Position numbers and translations under genes: made by a program
Shown: piece after piece, positions 49,005 to 58,935 of the stretch
Numbering within the stretch: position 1 is the first letter of the stretch
Layout: every line of letters begins with the position of its first letter
From: a virus
IMG/VR virus record: IMGVR_UViG_3300030099_007635
Coordinates: 41,431 to 105,430 of that record
DNA length: 64,000 nt
Strand: one strand, 5' to 3'
The notes under the pieces: generated by a model
Told to the model about the DNA's origin: nothing
The model's database searches: none
What the model saw: only the letters and a program-made list of their open reading frames with translations

Positions 49005-50495
49005 TTAAGAAATTTCAATGTTGTCTCGACTGAATGCCGACTTGAACTTGTCCCTTAAGGTTTCGGTCTCAGAAGCAACAGCTTCGTTGGTATTGGAAAC
49101 TGGAGCATCGGTAACTTCGGCAGCATCAAGAGCGTCTTCAACTTCAACTTCTTCAGTAGAAGCAGTAGAAACCCTTTTAGCAACCTCTTCATCAATTCGG
49201 GCCTGAATCTGAGCATCAAACTCGGCCTGAACCTCTTTGTTCTTATGTTTCCAAAGAACTTCTAACTTGGAAGCGAATGCTTCGTAAGCCTCTTGGTTTT
49301 CAAGACTCTTAAGCTCTGAAGCGAGAAATTCGCGATCTTGATCGTCAAGTTCAAATTTCTGATCAACTTCTTCCATGCGCTGATTAAAAGCTGCTACGGC
49401 TTCCTCTGCTCGCTTCTCATTTTCAAAATGAGAAATGCGCTCATTGGCAGCACCAAGCTTTTCTTCAAGTTCAGCTACAGAAGATTTGAGATCTTCGTAT
49501 TCCTTTATTTTACCTTCTTTAGCTAATCGCTCAGCCTCAATATCTTTGCGATATTGCTCATCGCGTTGGCGAATAGCATCTGCAAAAGTATCGGTCATTG
49601 AAGCGACTGCTTCTTTTGAGAATTTCTTCTCATTAAGAAGATCCTTTAGTTCGTTAAGAGTCTGTTCAAGTTCCATATCAATGATGTTCTTTTGGTTGTT
49701 TACATTTAAATTATTATTTTGTGAAATTTTATCACGGTTATCATTTATAAAAACTTTAGTCTTTTCAGGGGTTTCTCCATACAAACCCTTAACTTCTGCT
49801 GCTGGGTTTAAAGTGTAAGCTATTCCCAATGGATAGATATTACCTTGAATTAAGCGATAAATGTTCTGCCCATCTTCTGTTTTTCCAGATCCTCCATAGC
49901 TTCTAAGGTATCCTTGTAGCTCCATTATTTGATCGGGATCACTGATAATTTTAGCTTCACTTAGAACATCACTACCCACAGCTAAAACAAAATCATTGAA
50001 TCCCACCTCCCAGCTAGCAGATACTTTTTGAAACGCTGTATCATCAGGATCAAGAGACTTCTCCACCAATTGAGTAAAGTTTGGATTAACTGTCTTGTAT
50101 AAAACAGCGCCTAATGCAATATTAAATGGTTTTTTAATAGCCTGAACTATATCTTTGTCTAAAAGTTTATTAGTTCCAAACTCGCTATAACCAGCAGAAA
50201 CAATGTGTCCCACAACCTTTTGCTTGTCGTGTTCAATGTTTGTGGGTTTATGAACAAAATTATCTGTATACTTTAGAGCGGTAGAAGTATCCATACCGTC
50301 TCCATTTTTATTAAATTTATTTACTACAGCGGCATTAAACGCTACACCCAAGAGATCAACGTTCCCCTCATAATCAATATCCTTGGGGACAAGGGGAGCT
50401 AAGCTTTCTAGGGATGCCTTTGAAATCAAAGACGACTCGCTAATTTCGCAAGCTAGCAATGGACAGTCGAAAGTAGTGGTATATTTGTAATCCAT
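49005..50495 (-). CDS. Prohead protease-scaffold fusion
   Basis: N-terminal NKNGD, NIEH...VVGHI, VSASWE; C-terminal acidic coiled coil. Confidence 0.7.
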   Translation of the reverse strand: MDYKYTTTFDCPLLACEISESSLISKASLESLAPLVPKDIDYEGNVDLLGVAFNAAVVNKFNKNGDGMDTSTALKYTDNFVHKPTNIEHDKQKVVGHIVSAGYSEFGTNKLLDKDIVQAIKKPFNIALGAVLYKTVNPNFTQLVEKSLDPDDTAFQKVSASWEVGFNDFVLAVGSDVLSEAKIISDPDQIMELQGYLRSYGGSGKTEDGQNIYRLIQGNIYPLGIAYTLNPAAEVKGLYGETPEKTKVFINDNRDKISQNNNLNVNNQKNIIDMELEQTLNELKDLLNEKKFSKEAVASMTDTFADAIRQRDEQYRKDIEAERLAKEGKIKEYEDLKSSVAELEEKLGAANERISHFENEKRAEEAVAAFNQRMEEVDQKFELDDQDREFLASELKSLENQEAYEAFASKLEVLWKHKNKEVQAEFDAQIQARIDEEVAKRVSTASTEEVEVEDALDAAEVTDAPVSNTNEAVASETETLRDKFKSAFSRDNIEIS

Positions 50496-50710
50496 TATTT
50501 TTTATCCATCCAGCTTTTAGGTAGAGCACTTTCTGCTCCTATTTTTTTAGCCCTTCTAATAAGTTTGCTTTTAAACTCTTCAAAACTCATTGAACCTTCG
50601 TAGCGCCCCCAACTGCTTACAGCATTTTTTACATCTCTAGCCGAAAGCACTGGAAAAGACCTTCTTTTGGGATCAAGAAAGTCGCTGTCTTTTAGTTCAC
50701 TTCTTTTTTT
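50495..50710 (-). CDS. Start-less 71-codon frame: -1 frameshift extension of 50692..51240
   Basis: KKRSELKDSDFLDPKRRSFPVLSARDVKNAVSSWGRY...ALPKSWMDKK; its stop overlaps the next ATG (TAATG); bounded upstream by TAA at the A9 run. Confidence 0.7.
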   Translation of the reverse strand, partial: KKRSELKDSDFLDPKRRSFPVLSARDVKNAVSSWGRYEGSMSFEEFKSKLIRRAKKIGAESALPKSWMDKK

Positions 50711-51240
50711 TTACCAAATCTTTCTGCGGCAATATCCGTGAGCATCTGGGCATAACTCTTTTTAGGGGTAATTTTCTTTTTCATATCTCCCCCTCCATAT
50801 CCTCCATCAGCCTTCTTTTTGCCTTTTTTACGAAGCAACTCAAAGTCTTCCTTACTAATCTTGCCATCCTTATTCTTATCTAAACCAGATTTTTGTTTGC
50901 TGGACATGTCGGCTTTGGCTGGCTTACCTTTATATTCACCTTTTTTAGCCATTTGAGCTTTCATTTTTTCTTCAGAGTCCTTGTCAAACTTCATATCTTT
51001 CTTTAAAGCTTTTTTCTCTGCGTCCTTCTTCTCGGATGGCTTGCCCTTTTCAAGCTTTTTCATTTTGCCCTTATCGTCTTTGATAGCGTCCTTCTCATGT
51101 TCGACTTTTTCCTTTTTGGTGTCTTTCTTGAGTTCTTTTTTATCAATTTTATCATATTGCTGCTTTGTCATTGCAGCCTCGATCTCTTCCGCAGAGATAG
51201 ATACTTCGATTTCGTTAGATTCAAAATTACTGTTTTTCAT
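50692..51240 (-). CDS. Lys/Asp/Glu-rich protein with EF-hand-like motif
   Basis: LDKNKDGKISKEDF; ends GGT AAA AAA AAA GAA GTG AAC TAA. Confidence 0.75.
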   Translation of the reverse strand: MKNSNFESNEIEVSISAEEIEAAMTKQQYDKIDKKELKKDTKKEKVEHEKDAIKDDKGKMKKLEKGKPSEKKDAEKKALKKDMKFDKDSEEKMKAQMAKKGEYKGKPAKADMSSKQKSGLDKNKDGKISKEDFELLRKKGKKKADGGYGGGDMKKKITPKKSYAQMLTDIAAERFGKKKEVN

Positions 51241-53197
51241 GGCTGTGATATAAAATGGCGGCTGGGTATGCTTCTAAGCTGTGTGTGGCAGAGATATCTA
51301 AAACCTCCTTTAAGGTTTCTAAATTCTCTATTTCATTAAAATTGTTTACACACGATTCTAGCGTTTCTGCCCAATATTCTTTTGGTTGAGCGCAAACAAT
51401 AGATTCACACAGGCTGCTAGCCATCTCTTCTTGTTCATCGCTAAGCTCTTTTACTTTTAGGTTTTTAAGCAATTGAGCCTTTGCTTCATGAATTAATTCG
51501 TCTATGTCGTAGATGGTTTGTTGAATGTTTGCTCTAGAATACTGTGCGTTTGTGATCGGGATATCTGTAGTTCCCTCGGGCCTACCTGCTTCCTTTCGAG
51601 GTCCATTTTTTGCGCCACCAGCAGGAGCAATGACAGGAACGCCACCAACTATGGGATTATAATAACCCTGCTCTCGCTCTTCCAAGAAGTCTTTTTGAGC
51701 ATCATTAAGCTCATCAGGTTCAGGGAATTTACCGTTATGGAACATTTCCATGCCTTGTTTTGGGGTGATGATCCCAAGCTCCATGAGCCTAGTCGAAGCC
51801 CTCATAAGTTGAACTTCATCCCTCATGTCAATATCTTTCATTTTTGCTTCGGGCCATGATCTGAAACCAAGATCCTTAGCAACCCTTTTAATTTCTCTGT
51901 TTAAGAAATCATTTAAGAAGCCATATCTAGACTCCTGCAAACGATCAATAAATATTTGTGCTTTTACCTGAGTCGAATTAAACTTTTCTTCTCCTACTAC
52001 AATATTTTGTAAACCTTGTTTAATGTCCTCGTTTAGTATCTGATACTTTTCTGGTCCCAGAACCAGATTTAACTCGGGAATAATGAACTCTGCCTTAGTG
52101 GTGTAGTCTGAAACTAATACCCTTCCAACGCTTTCATTCTTAAACAAGCTTTGCATTGCAGCCATGTTATTAGGGTTAATACCTCCCTTGTCAGGGTCAG
52201 CCCCCATCGTTATTAAAAGTATAACGTTTTCCACGGTGCGAGTAATCGCCTGATCCATTTTCTTAAGTTCCATCTTGGCGTTTATATCATCCAGAACTGG
52301 AAAACCAAAAGGAACAGCAAATGGTTCATAATCTTGTTTTTTGTAAAAGGAAAAAGACAGCCTATTGGGGTCCAAATCTAAGTATATACCTTTTCTGCCA
52401 TAAGATCCGTCTCTTATGGATTTTTGAATCGCTGGCTCCAGTCCTTCAAAAATAGCAAGATCCTCATCTGTTTGTGGATTAGCCAAGCGAGCAATCTCAT
52501 ACTCAGACAAAAGTTTTTGATATGCTCCTGCATAATTAAACGTTGATACCCTTTTGGCGGTTATGTCATAAGGATTCAATAAGACGTAGCGTAGCGGAAT
52601 CTTGTTGGTAGAGGAATTTATTGATCCCACCTGATTAACAAGCTTTGCATAGTCTTCTGCTTTAAATTTTCCGTCTATACGGTATAAGAAAACATTACCA
52701 CTTCTATAGTATTCTCTAAAATACTGGTCTTTTAAATTAATAATATTTACCCTTTTAAACCAATCGTAGAAAAACTCCCTGCTCTTTTTAGTTCCACCTT
52801 CTAGATAAATATCGGTATTTGTGAACTCCGACATAATATCCACCGCATTTCTAAAAACCGCTACATTTGCATAAGCTTTTTGGCACAACTCGATTGCATC
52901 CCTACAGGTAACGCCATCCGATGCATACTCATACGGAAGCATTCCGATTCTAATACTGGAAAACCTATCTATTGGATTGCGAAAAGCTACTCGATTGGTG
53001 CGAGAACCATTGAATCCTTGGTTGGTTAATCCCTCTCTCCTTGCTTTAGATACCTCACCATACGAAGCTGAAGAGGTATAAAAAGGCTCCCCTAAAAGCT
53101 CAGGAGTTACTTCTTCAGATGACGGTTTAGATGGGTGATCGTTGGGATTAAACTGGTTCCAATATTCTGAACGTTTGGTATATTTTCTTTTAGCCAT
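51227..53197 (-). CDS. Portal protein
   Basis: Follows terminase; VFRNAVDIMSEF, EYYRSGNVFLY, YEPFAVPF. Confidence 0.8.
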   Translation of the reverse strand: MAKRKYTKRSEYWNQFNPNDHPSKPSSEEVTPELLGEPFYTSSASYGEVSKARREGLTNQGFNGSRTNRVAFRNPIDRFSSIRIGMLPYEYASDGVTCRDAIELCQKAYANVAVFRNAVDIMSEFTNTDIYLEGGTKKSREFFYDWFKRVNIINLKDQYFREYYRSGNVFLYRIDGKFKAEDYAKLVNQVGSINSSTNKIPLRYVLLNPYDITAKRVSTFNYAGAYQKLLSEYEIARLANPQTDEDLAIFEGLEPAIQKSIRDGSYGRKGIYLDLDPNRLSFSFYKKQDYEPFAVPFGFPVLDDINAKMELKKMDQAITRTVENVILLITMGADPDKGGINPNNMAAMQSLFKNESVGRVLVSDYTTKAEFIIPELNLVLGPEKYQILNEDIKQGLQNIVVGEEKFNSTQVKAQIFIDRLQESRYGFLNDFLNREIKRVAKDLGFRSWPEAKMKDIDMRDEVQLMRASTRLMELGIITPKQGMEMFHNGKFPEPDELNDAQKDFLEEREQGYYNPIVGGVPVIAPAGGAKNGPRKEAGRPEGTTDIPITNAQYSRANIQQTIYDIDELIHEAKAQLLKNLKVKELSDEQEEMASSLCESIVCAQPKEYWAETLESCVNNFNEIENLETLKEVLDISATHSLEAYPAAILYHSHEKQ

Positions 53198-53245
53198 GGA
53201 TATAATCCATATTACACCCCAAAGTTAACTTTCAACTTTTTAAAG

Positions 53246-55111
53246 TTAAGAAATGAACATTGGAGTAAAAGTGGTTTGCACAGTGTCTATATTATCCGAA
53301 TTCATATCGTAGAAAACATTCATCGCCCAATTGCCTAAAACTAAAGCAGAATAAGAGTCTTTACGGGCTTTGTCAGCGCCACTCTGCTTTCTTAGGTTAG
53401 CGGGTAAATCAAAACTTTGAGTTCCTTGAAGAGAAGTCGTAATTTGTATCAGCGCACATTGAACCTTGATTAGATCCATCATATCTTTTTGGTGCTCTAC
53501 AAAGTCAATCATTCTCGCCCCCGCTGGCCCTCTTTCATTTGGGTCATTTCTAATGAATTTTAACTCTTTAATTGGAACATTGGATTTGCGTTGAATATTA
53601 TAATCATCATTCATTGCTGCTCCTGCAAAGAATATCCTCTTGTGATCAAATGCCGCTTGAAGTTGCTCATTTGCATTTCGTATCCACTGGGAAGTTGGCT
53701 TTCTAAGAAAAACTATGTTTTTAGTGGTTAAATTGTATTGGTTTTTGACCTTTCTCAAATTCTTTTCATAGTCTGGAACTTTATCTAAGTCTGCCTCAAT
53801 TACGCCAAGTTTTAAATTTTTCTTTTTAAATATATCGCTTTCGTTGCAAGAGTTAAGAAACTGAACCCCTCCATTGTAGTCTCCAACCACAGCAACAATA
53901 TTAAAATGCGTAAGAAGGTAGGCTGCATATTTAATATGTGTTTTTAAATTAGCTCCTGATAATCCGTAACTGTGAACCACTGTTCCTTTTCTAGTATCAC
54001 GATTCAGTTTTATCACAAGCATTGCAAAATCATCAGAGCTTTCACTTTCAGACCAAGAAGGGTCAAATGCTAAAATATACTCATCCTTTGGATTACCCAC
54101 TACCTCTACAGACTGCCCCTCTCCATCTGGAATAGTGCAAGCGGCCATCTTGCTTACTTTGAAGTATCCTGAACTGTCATCTGTAAAAATGGCCCCAAAT
54201 TCTCTTTCAAACTGAGAATCGCTCATGGTTGCCCTTGATTGACTTATAAGGTTTTGATCATATAGTTGCTCGGGAGCGCAATCATAACTAAAGTGCATAA
54301 TTGTCCTATGTGCTCCATCTTGCTTGTTCTCATTGAGAATTAAGCTTTCGTATTGCTGATATATCTTATAAAGGTATTCGAATTTGTAAGAGGCAGAAGA
54401 CAAACCAATAATTTTGTTGTTTGGCCAAACTCTTCTATCCTCTTCTTTCATTTTTCCCTTCTCTATCATTTGAGTTTCCAAATCATAGATCTCCTGTCTC
54501 TCTGTAGGATTTTCCACCACGGAAAGGAAAGGAATAATAACCTCATTATAAATTTTCTCAGGCATGAGAAGTAATTCATCAATAATCATTCGCTGGAAAC
54601 GGAAACCCCTAAGTTTCTCACCATCACCAAGCGGAAGAGCACGGATGCTACTTCGACCAATCTCCATGACCCATTCGTCATTCATTTTGGAGACTCTTGT
54701 AACACATTGAGAGAAAAAAGTTGCTTTGGGGCTTTTTGATATATCTTCTATCTTTTTAAAGATCATCTTTGACTGCCTGAAAGACTTAGACAAAATACCT
54801 ATCTGAACACCCTGATTTAAAATAGCGTCTAAGAGCGCGAAAATGCCCGTAGAGAAGCTTTTGGACATTCCACGGCTCCATATGCCCAAAAAGTAATCAG
54901 ACTCCATCATGGCCTTAATAGCCATATGTTGAAAAGGGAATAACTTAACACCAGTGAACAATTCACAGGCAAAGGAAGGGTTTTCCCTCAGAAACTTATA
55001 AAGCAAAATCTTTGATTCAGTTTCCTCTAAATATCCCTCTTTGTCTAGAATTAGCTGATTTATATCCTTGAACTCTCTGTGGAGCTTCTGTCTTCCTGTT
55101 TCCCAAGCCAT
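53246..55111 (-). CDS. terL: Terminase large subunit
   Basis: LFPFQ, Walker A SRGMSKS, LRGFR, Walker B IIDE, SSA, nuclease AFDPS and KDSYSAL; start MAWETG. Confidence 0.9.
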   Translation of the reverse strand: MAWETGRQKLHREFKDINQLILDKEGYLEETESKILLYKFLRENPSFACELFTGVKLFPFQHMAIKAMMESDYFLGIWSRGMSKSFSTGIFALLDAILNQGVQIGILSKSFRQSKMIFKKIEDISKSPKATFFSQCVTRVSKMNDEWVMEIGRSSIRALPLGDGEKLRGFRFQRMIIDELLLMPEKIYNEVIIPFLSVVENPTERQEIYDLETQMIEKGKMKEEDRRVWPNNKIIGLSSASYKFEYLYKIYQQYESLILNENKQDGAHRTIMHFSYDCAPEQLYDQNLISQSRATMSDSQFEREFGAIFTDDSSGYFKVSKMAACTIPDGEGQSVEVVGNPKDEYILAFDPSWSESESSDDFAMLVIKLNRDTRKGTVVHSYGLSGANLKTHIKYAAYLLTHFNIVAVVGDYNGGVQFLNSCNESDIFKKKNLKLGVIEADLDKVPDYEKNLRKVKNQYNLTTKNIVFLRKPTSQWIRNANEQLQAAFDHKRIFFAGAAMNDDYNIQRKSNVPIKELKFIRNDPNERGPAGARMIDFVEHQKDMMDLIKVQCALIQITTSLQGTQSFDLPANLRKQSGADKARKDSYSALVLGNWAMNVFYDMNSDNIDTVQTTFTPMFIS

Positions 55112-56027
55112 CTTTTTTAAGTTGTTTGTCCCAAAAATACTGGACATCTACTGCCCATAGTTTTTTTCCTAAAACAAGAATTTTGGGAATAATTTCTTCG
55201 CTTTTACGTCTAGAGCCGCTAAACACAAATTGACAACAATCTGAATACTCAGCCTGTATCTCGCGCATTCTATGGTAAACATAATCTAAATTAAATTTTT
55301 TATATCCCGCCCTATTGGTAGCCCACATCTTGTCAAAGGCAGTTTCTATAACCACAAATAACATACATCCCATTGATCTGCATCTTTCTAGCTCTTTTGC
55401 GAATCTAGCATAGCCATTAGTAATCGTAGCACAGAAATCCTGGTAAGACTTCCTATCCACGAATGTATAGTCATATAAATCACCCCCTACAGCGTAGTCG
55501 CCCACATCCAACTTTAACGACTGAGAGTTCTTAAAATATAATGGCTTTTGTTCTCTTGTATCTACCAGTATAGGTGTATCTGAGTAATCGTTTTTAAATT
55601 CATTTGGTAATTGCCCCGATAACATGGGCAATATACCAAATTGTTTACAAGCTTCGCTATAACTGCCGAATACCTCTTTGCAGAGGTCTACATCGGGTAA
55701 TCCTACACTCTGTAGATAAGTGGAAGGTGGTCCAGCTTGTAGCCCTTTGGCTTGAATTTTCTTTTTAAAAGCTTTTATAATATATTCCTTAACCTCTGAC
55801 GATGGTGCTGTTTTGCACCATTTTTTCATGTTTTTTTTATTGATGAAGTCAGCAGCGAAATACTGATCGTATTTTTTGAATGGAATTAGTTCTTTAGTAA
55901 GTTTGTCTTTCCTTGCATAATTATCCACATAGTAATCTCCAAGGAGTTTACCGTGTTTCTTTATGTGTGCGTGGAGGCTTCTTAATGAATCAAAAGAATC
56001 GCCACACTCTTTGCAATCATAAGACAT
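55017..56027 (-). CDS. C2H2 zinc finger + ERCC4/XPF-type nuclease
   Basis: CKEC...F..L..H...H; VDTREQ, LDVGDY, VDRKS.QDF. Confidence 0.8.
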   Translation of the reverse strand: MSYDCKECGDSFDSLRSLHAHIKKHGKLLGDYYVDNYARKDKLTKELIPFKKYDQYFAADFINKKNMKKWCKTAPSSEVKEYIIKAFKKKIQAKGLQAGPPSTYLQSVGLPDVDLCKEVFGSYSEACKQFGILPMLSGQLPNEFKNDYSDTPILVDTREQKPLYFKNSQSLKLDVGDYAVGGDLYDYTFVDRKSYQDFCATITNGYARFAKELERCRSMGCMLFVVIETAFDKMWATNRAGYKKFNLDYVYHRMREIQAEYSDCCQFVFSGSRRKSEEIIPKILVLGKKLWAVDVQYFWDKQLKKDGLGNRKTEAPQRVQGYKSANSRQRGIFRGN

Positions 56028-57066
56028 CTTGTTGACCAATTCCTAAAACTCTTGCTTTCCATTCAGACATTCCCTCTAATCTTTCGGCTTCCTTCTTCAC
56101 TGCTTCTTTTTGCATCTCTGCTATCTTAATCATCGTTTTTCTCTCCTCTTCTTCCTGAAAGAGTTGAACAATAGATAGAAACGAAGCATTTTCTTTCTGC
56201 ATCTTCTTCATTCTCTCACCTCGATCACCCTGTAGCTTCTTCGTTAGATTCTCAATGCGAGTTTCACACTGATGATACTCAGAACTCTTAGCCTTGATGA
56301 TTTCAGCCAAGCGAATAGACATTTCTGCCTGTTCATCGGCCTCATCAAACATATTGTTCAATTTATTGAGGTGAGCACTAATAACCTCCAAATTAATTAC
56401 CTCCTTGCAGACATTTAAATACAAATTAATTTCATCTGCTGTTAGATCGGGCTTATCCCATGTTAAACGTATAAACTCATGCTCAAAGAGAACTCGATCC
56501 TCTTCATTGAGATAATTATTAATAATCTTTAGAAATCTTGAGTTAGAAAGATTAACTCCAAGTTTTTCAACACAAACTTGCTTTTGTCTGTTAAGTTTTG
56601 GTTCATCTAAGCCTAGCCCAGTAGCATCATTGATTTTTTTGATGATTCGTGATGGAGACTTAGGTGAAATGTATGAACTCAGCGCCCCGCTATCTTGTGA
56701 TGGCAAGATATCTGGATTAACAGCACGAATTTCAGCTAGCACTGCTCTTTGCTCAGAACTTAATGGCATTACTCTTCGATCTGAAAAAACAATTCGCGCA
56801 ATTTCCAGTGAAGACAAACCTGTCTCAGCTTGTTGAATGATGAATTCACGCTGTTCGCGTGTAAAGTCGATGACTTCCGCTGGTGGGCGACCTGTGGTTT
56901 TAAAATCTATTGAATTTTCTACCAAAAACTTCCTGACAGCCCTTCCTTCCTTAGACCTTCCGTCTAAAGAGTCATCATCGAAACACTGTTTCGTCAAATC
57001 AATCAAATTTGGAATTCTAGAGGCGTTTTCACGCAAAAAGTCCTTTTGTTCTTTAGAAAGGTCCAT
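56017..57066 (-). CDS. Hypothetical HTH/coiled-coil protein (possible terminase small subunit)
   Basis: SSLEIARIVF HTH-like segment, C-terminal coiled coil, upstream of terL. Confidence 0.4.
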   Translation of the reverse strand: MDLSKEQKDFLRENASRIPNLIDLTKQCFDDDSLDGRSKEGRAVRKFLVENSIDFKTTGRPPAEVIDFTREQREFIIQQAETGLSSLEIARIVFSDRRVMPLSSEQRAVLAEIRAVNPDILPSQDSGALSSYISPKSPSRIIKKINDATGLGLDEPKLNRQKQVCVEKLGVNLSNSRFLKIINNYLNEEDRVLFEHEFIRLTWDKPDLTADEINLYLNVCKEVINLEVISAHLNKLNNMFDEADEQAEMSIRLAEIIKAKSSEYHQCETRIENLTKKLQGDRGERMKKMQKENASFLSIVQLFQEEEERKTMIKIAEMQKEAVKKEAERLEGMSEWKARVLGIGQQDVL

Positions 57067-57757
57067 CTCCTATAATATCTTCTTCGTTTAGGATTTCAAA
57101 GGCCGTCTCTAGAAACTTCTTTTTCAAGTTCTTTACTTGTCGATAACCTAACTTCTTTTTTTGAGGGGATATCTTGTATCCCATAAATCGAGCAACGTCT
57201 TCTTCAGTCTTATCCTCAAAATATAACATTCTGTAAGCCACATAGTGCATGTCGCTTAATTTCAACTCCATAAAGAAATCAAGCCGCCTAAGAGAAACGT
57301 CAAAATTGAAATCAGTGTATTGTTTAGACTTAACCTCCTTAGCAAAATCCTCAGTAGAAAGAGGCATCTTAAGTTCTAAGCCTGTTTTCTTTGACTTTTC
57401 CCACTTCGCATAAAGCTTGCAACTACTGTCCTGTTTTTTGCTAGTCGTTGAGGCACAATCTTCGCCTCGGGCAAATTTACAGCTAGAGCAGGGTTTGACA
57501 TAATTGCCATAGTGGTTCCTGACTAAGTTTCTAATCTGGTTGGAGATGATTCTACCTATCCACGGCTCAAGGGGTCTCTCCTGATCCCACATATGCCACT
57601 TTTTGGCTATGTGTAATTTAATGATCTGCTCTACATCTTCAAAATCAAACCACCTAACAGCTTTCAGTCTCCACTTAAACTGTTGCCTCTTAATAGCGGC
57701 ATCTATGATGTCTGAAAAATCTTCGTAAGTATACTCACCCTTCTTTTTTCTTTTCAT
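57053..57757 (-). CDS. ECF-like sigma factor with Cys4 insertion
   Basis: DFEDVEQ...WDQERPLEPWIGRIISNQIRN (region 2), C..C...C...C insert, EEDVARFMGY (region 4). Confidence 0.7.
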   Translation of the reverse strand: MKRKKKGEYTYEDFSDIIDAAIKRQQFKWRLKAVRWFDFEDVEQIIKLHIAKKWHMWDQERPLEPWIGRIISNQIRNLVRNHYGNYVKPCSSCKFARGEDCASTTSKKQDSSCKLYAKWEKSKKTGLELKMPLSTEDFAKEVKSKQYTDFNFDVSLRRLDFFMELKLSDMHYVAYRMLYFEDKTEEDVARFMGYKISPQKKKLGYRQVKNLKKKFLETAFEILNEEDIIGDGPF

Positions 57758-58073
57758 CAATAAATTCATCAACAGAGCGACTCTTTCTTCCCTCTTCGTT
57801 TTTTCTAGACGGTGGCTCGCCTATTAATGAACCTAATGTGATAGTATTTCGTGAGTCTTCTACCTCATACTGAAAATTTGCAACTACAGGAACAGAATTA
57901 GAGTCGGTTTCATCTGAAGATACTAAAACAGACTTTTCAATTGTGGGTAGTCCTGCGGCAGTATTAGTTGAAACGCTATTGCCAAGCTGAGTTCCGCATT
58001 TACTGCAAAAATTTGGCTTTGCGTGAGCATATGAAATTTTAGTTCCACAACTTTGACAAAATAGGTGAGCCAT
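57735..58073 (-). CDS. Zinc-ribbon protein
   Basis: FCQSCG...NFCSKCG. Confidence 0.75.
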   Translation of the reverse strand: MAHLFCQSCGTKISYAHAKPNFCSKCGTQLGNSVSTNTAAGLPTIEKSVLVSSDETDSNSVPVVANFQYEVEDSRNTITLGSLIGEPPSRKNEEGRKSRSVDEFIDEKKKEG

Positions 58074-58164
58074 CTTATATATTTATATGGTTTAAAATTC
58101 TTTTTTCAAAATAAACAAGGTCTTAGTCCTATATTAGTAAAAAAAGCTGTTCGCCGCTTCTGCG

Positions 58165-58193
58165 TTGACATTTGCTCTTGTTTTACATATAGT
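58165..58193 (+). promoter_or_regulatory. sigma70-type promoter antisense to phoH
   Basis: TTGACA-N17-TATAGT. Confidence 0.5.
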
Positions 58194-58194
58194 A

Positions 58195-58911
58195 TTACAC
58201 TTTCTTGTGTGTTTCTAATTTTGAAATAATAAATTTTAGGATTTTACTACGGACAATATCAGCACGGGTAAATTTAAAGGAATGAATTCCATTTTTTTCT
58301 GACTTCTCATCAGAGAACAGATCGAACATTTCTCCAAAGCCTGTTTTGCCATTAATGTCACTCTGCATGAAGTCTCCACAGATAATTAACTTACTATCTT
58401 CGCCTAGTCTTGTAACTAACGTGGTAAGCTCCTTAAAGGTAAAATTTTGCGCTTCATCGGCAACAATTAACTTATTGCTCCAATTAGCCCCTCTTAAGAA
58501 ATTTATAGGAACGGCTGATATACGACCCTTCTGCTTCAGAAAGGCCGTGTCACCCTCAAACACAATTTCTTCAAGTTTATCATACAAAGGCATCAAAAAG
58601 GGGTTAAACTTTTCTGCCATATCTCCAGGCAAGCTACCTAGACCTTTATCCGCACTTTCTGCAATACTTCTTACATATAACAATTCTTTTTCGGTATCTT
58701 CTGCCATAAGGCGCAAACAGCCATAAAGAGACATGTATGTCTTACTCGATCCCGCTGGACCAGAAACGAAGAATATTTTTACTTCGGGGTCAAGCAGTGT
58801 TGATAAGAAGCGCCGCTGACGCGTAGTGAACTTGAAGTTCCTTTGCTTAAATTTAATGGAGTGATGAAAGTGCGGCTCCAACTGTATACTGGACAATTTT
58901 TTAAGTGCCAT
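58195..58911 (-). CDS. phoH: PhoH-family ATPase
   Basis: GPAGSSKT, LGSLPG, FLRG, DEAQN, TRLGE, GDFMQSD, DIVRS. Confidence 0.93.
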   Translation of the reverse strand: MALKKLSSIQLEPHFHHSIKFKQRNFKFTTRQRRFLSTLLDPEVKIFFVSGPAGSSKTYMSLYGCLRLMAEDTEKELLYVRSIAESADKGLGSLPGDMAEKFNPFLMPLYDKLEEIVFEGDTAFLKQKGRISAVPINFLRGANWSNKLIVADEAQNFTFKELTTLVTRLGEDSKLIICGDFMQSDINGKTGFGEMFDLFSDEKSEKNGIHSFKFTRADIVRSKILKFIISKLETHKKV

Positions 58912-58935
58912 GCTACATAAGTAGTTACACTTAAA

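Noticed and set aside
53221-53232. Palindrome AAAGTTAACTTT upstream of portal
   Set aside because: Single AT-rich 12-mer; could be chance
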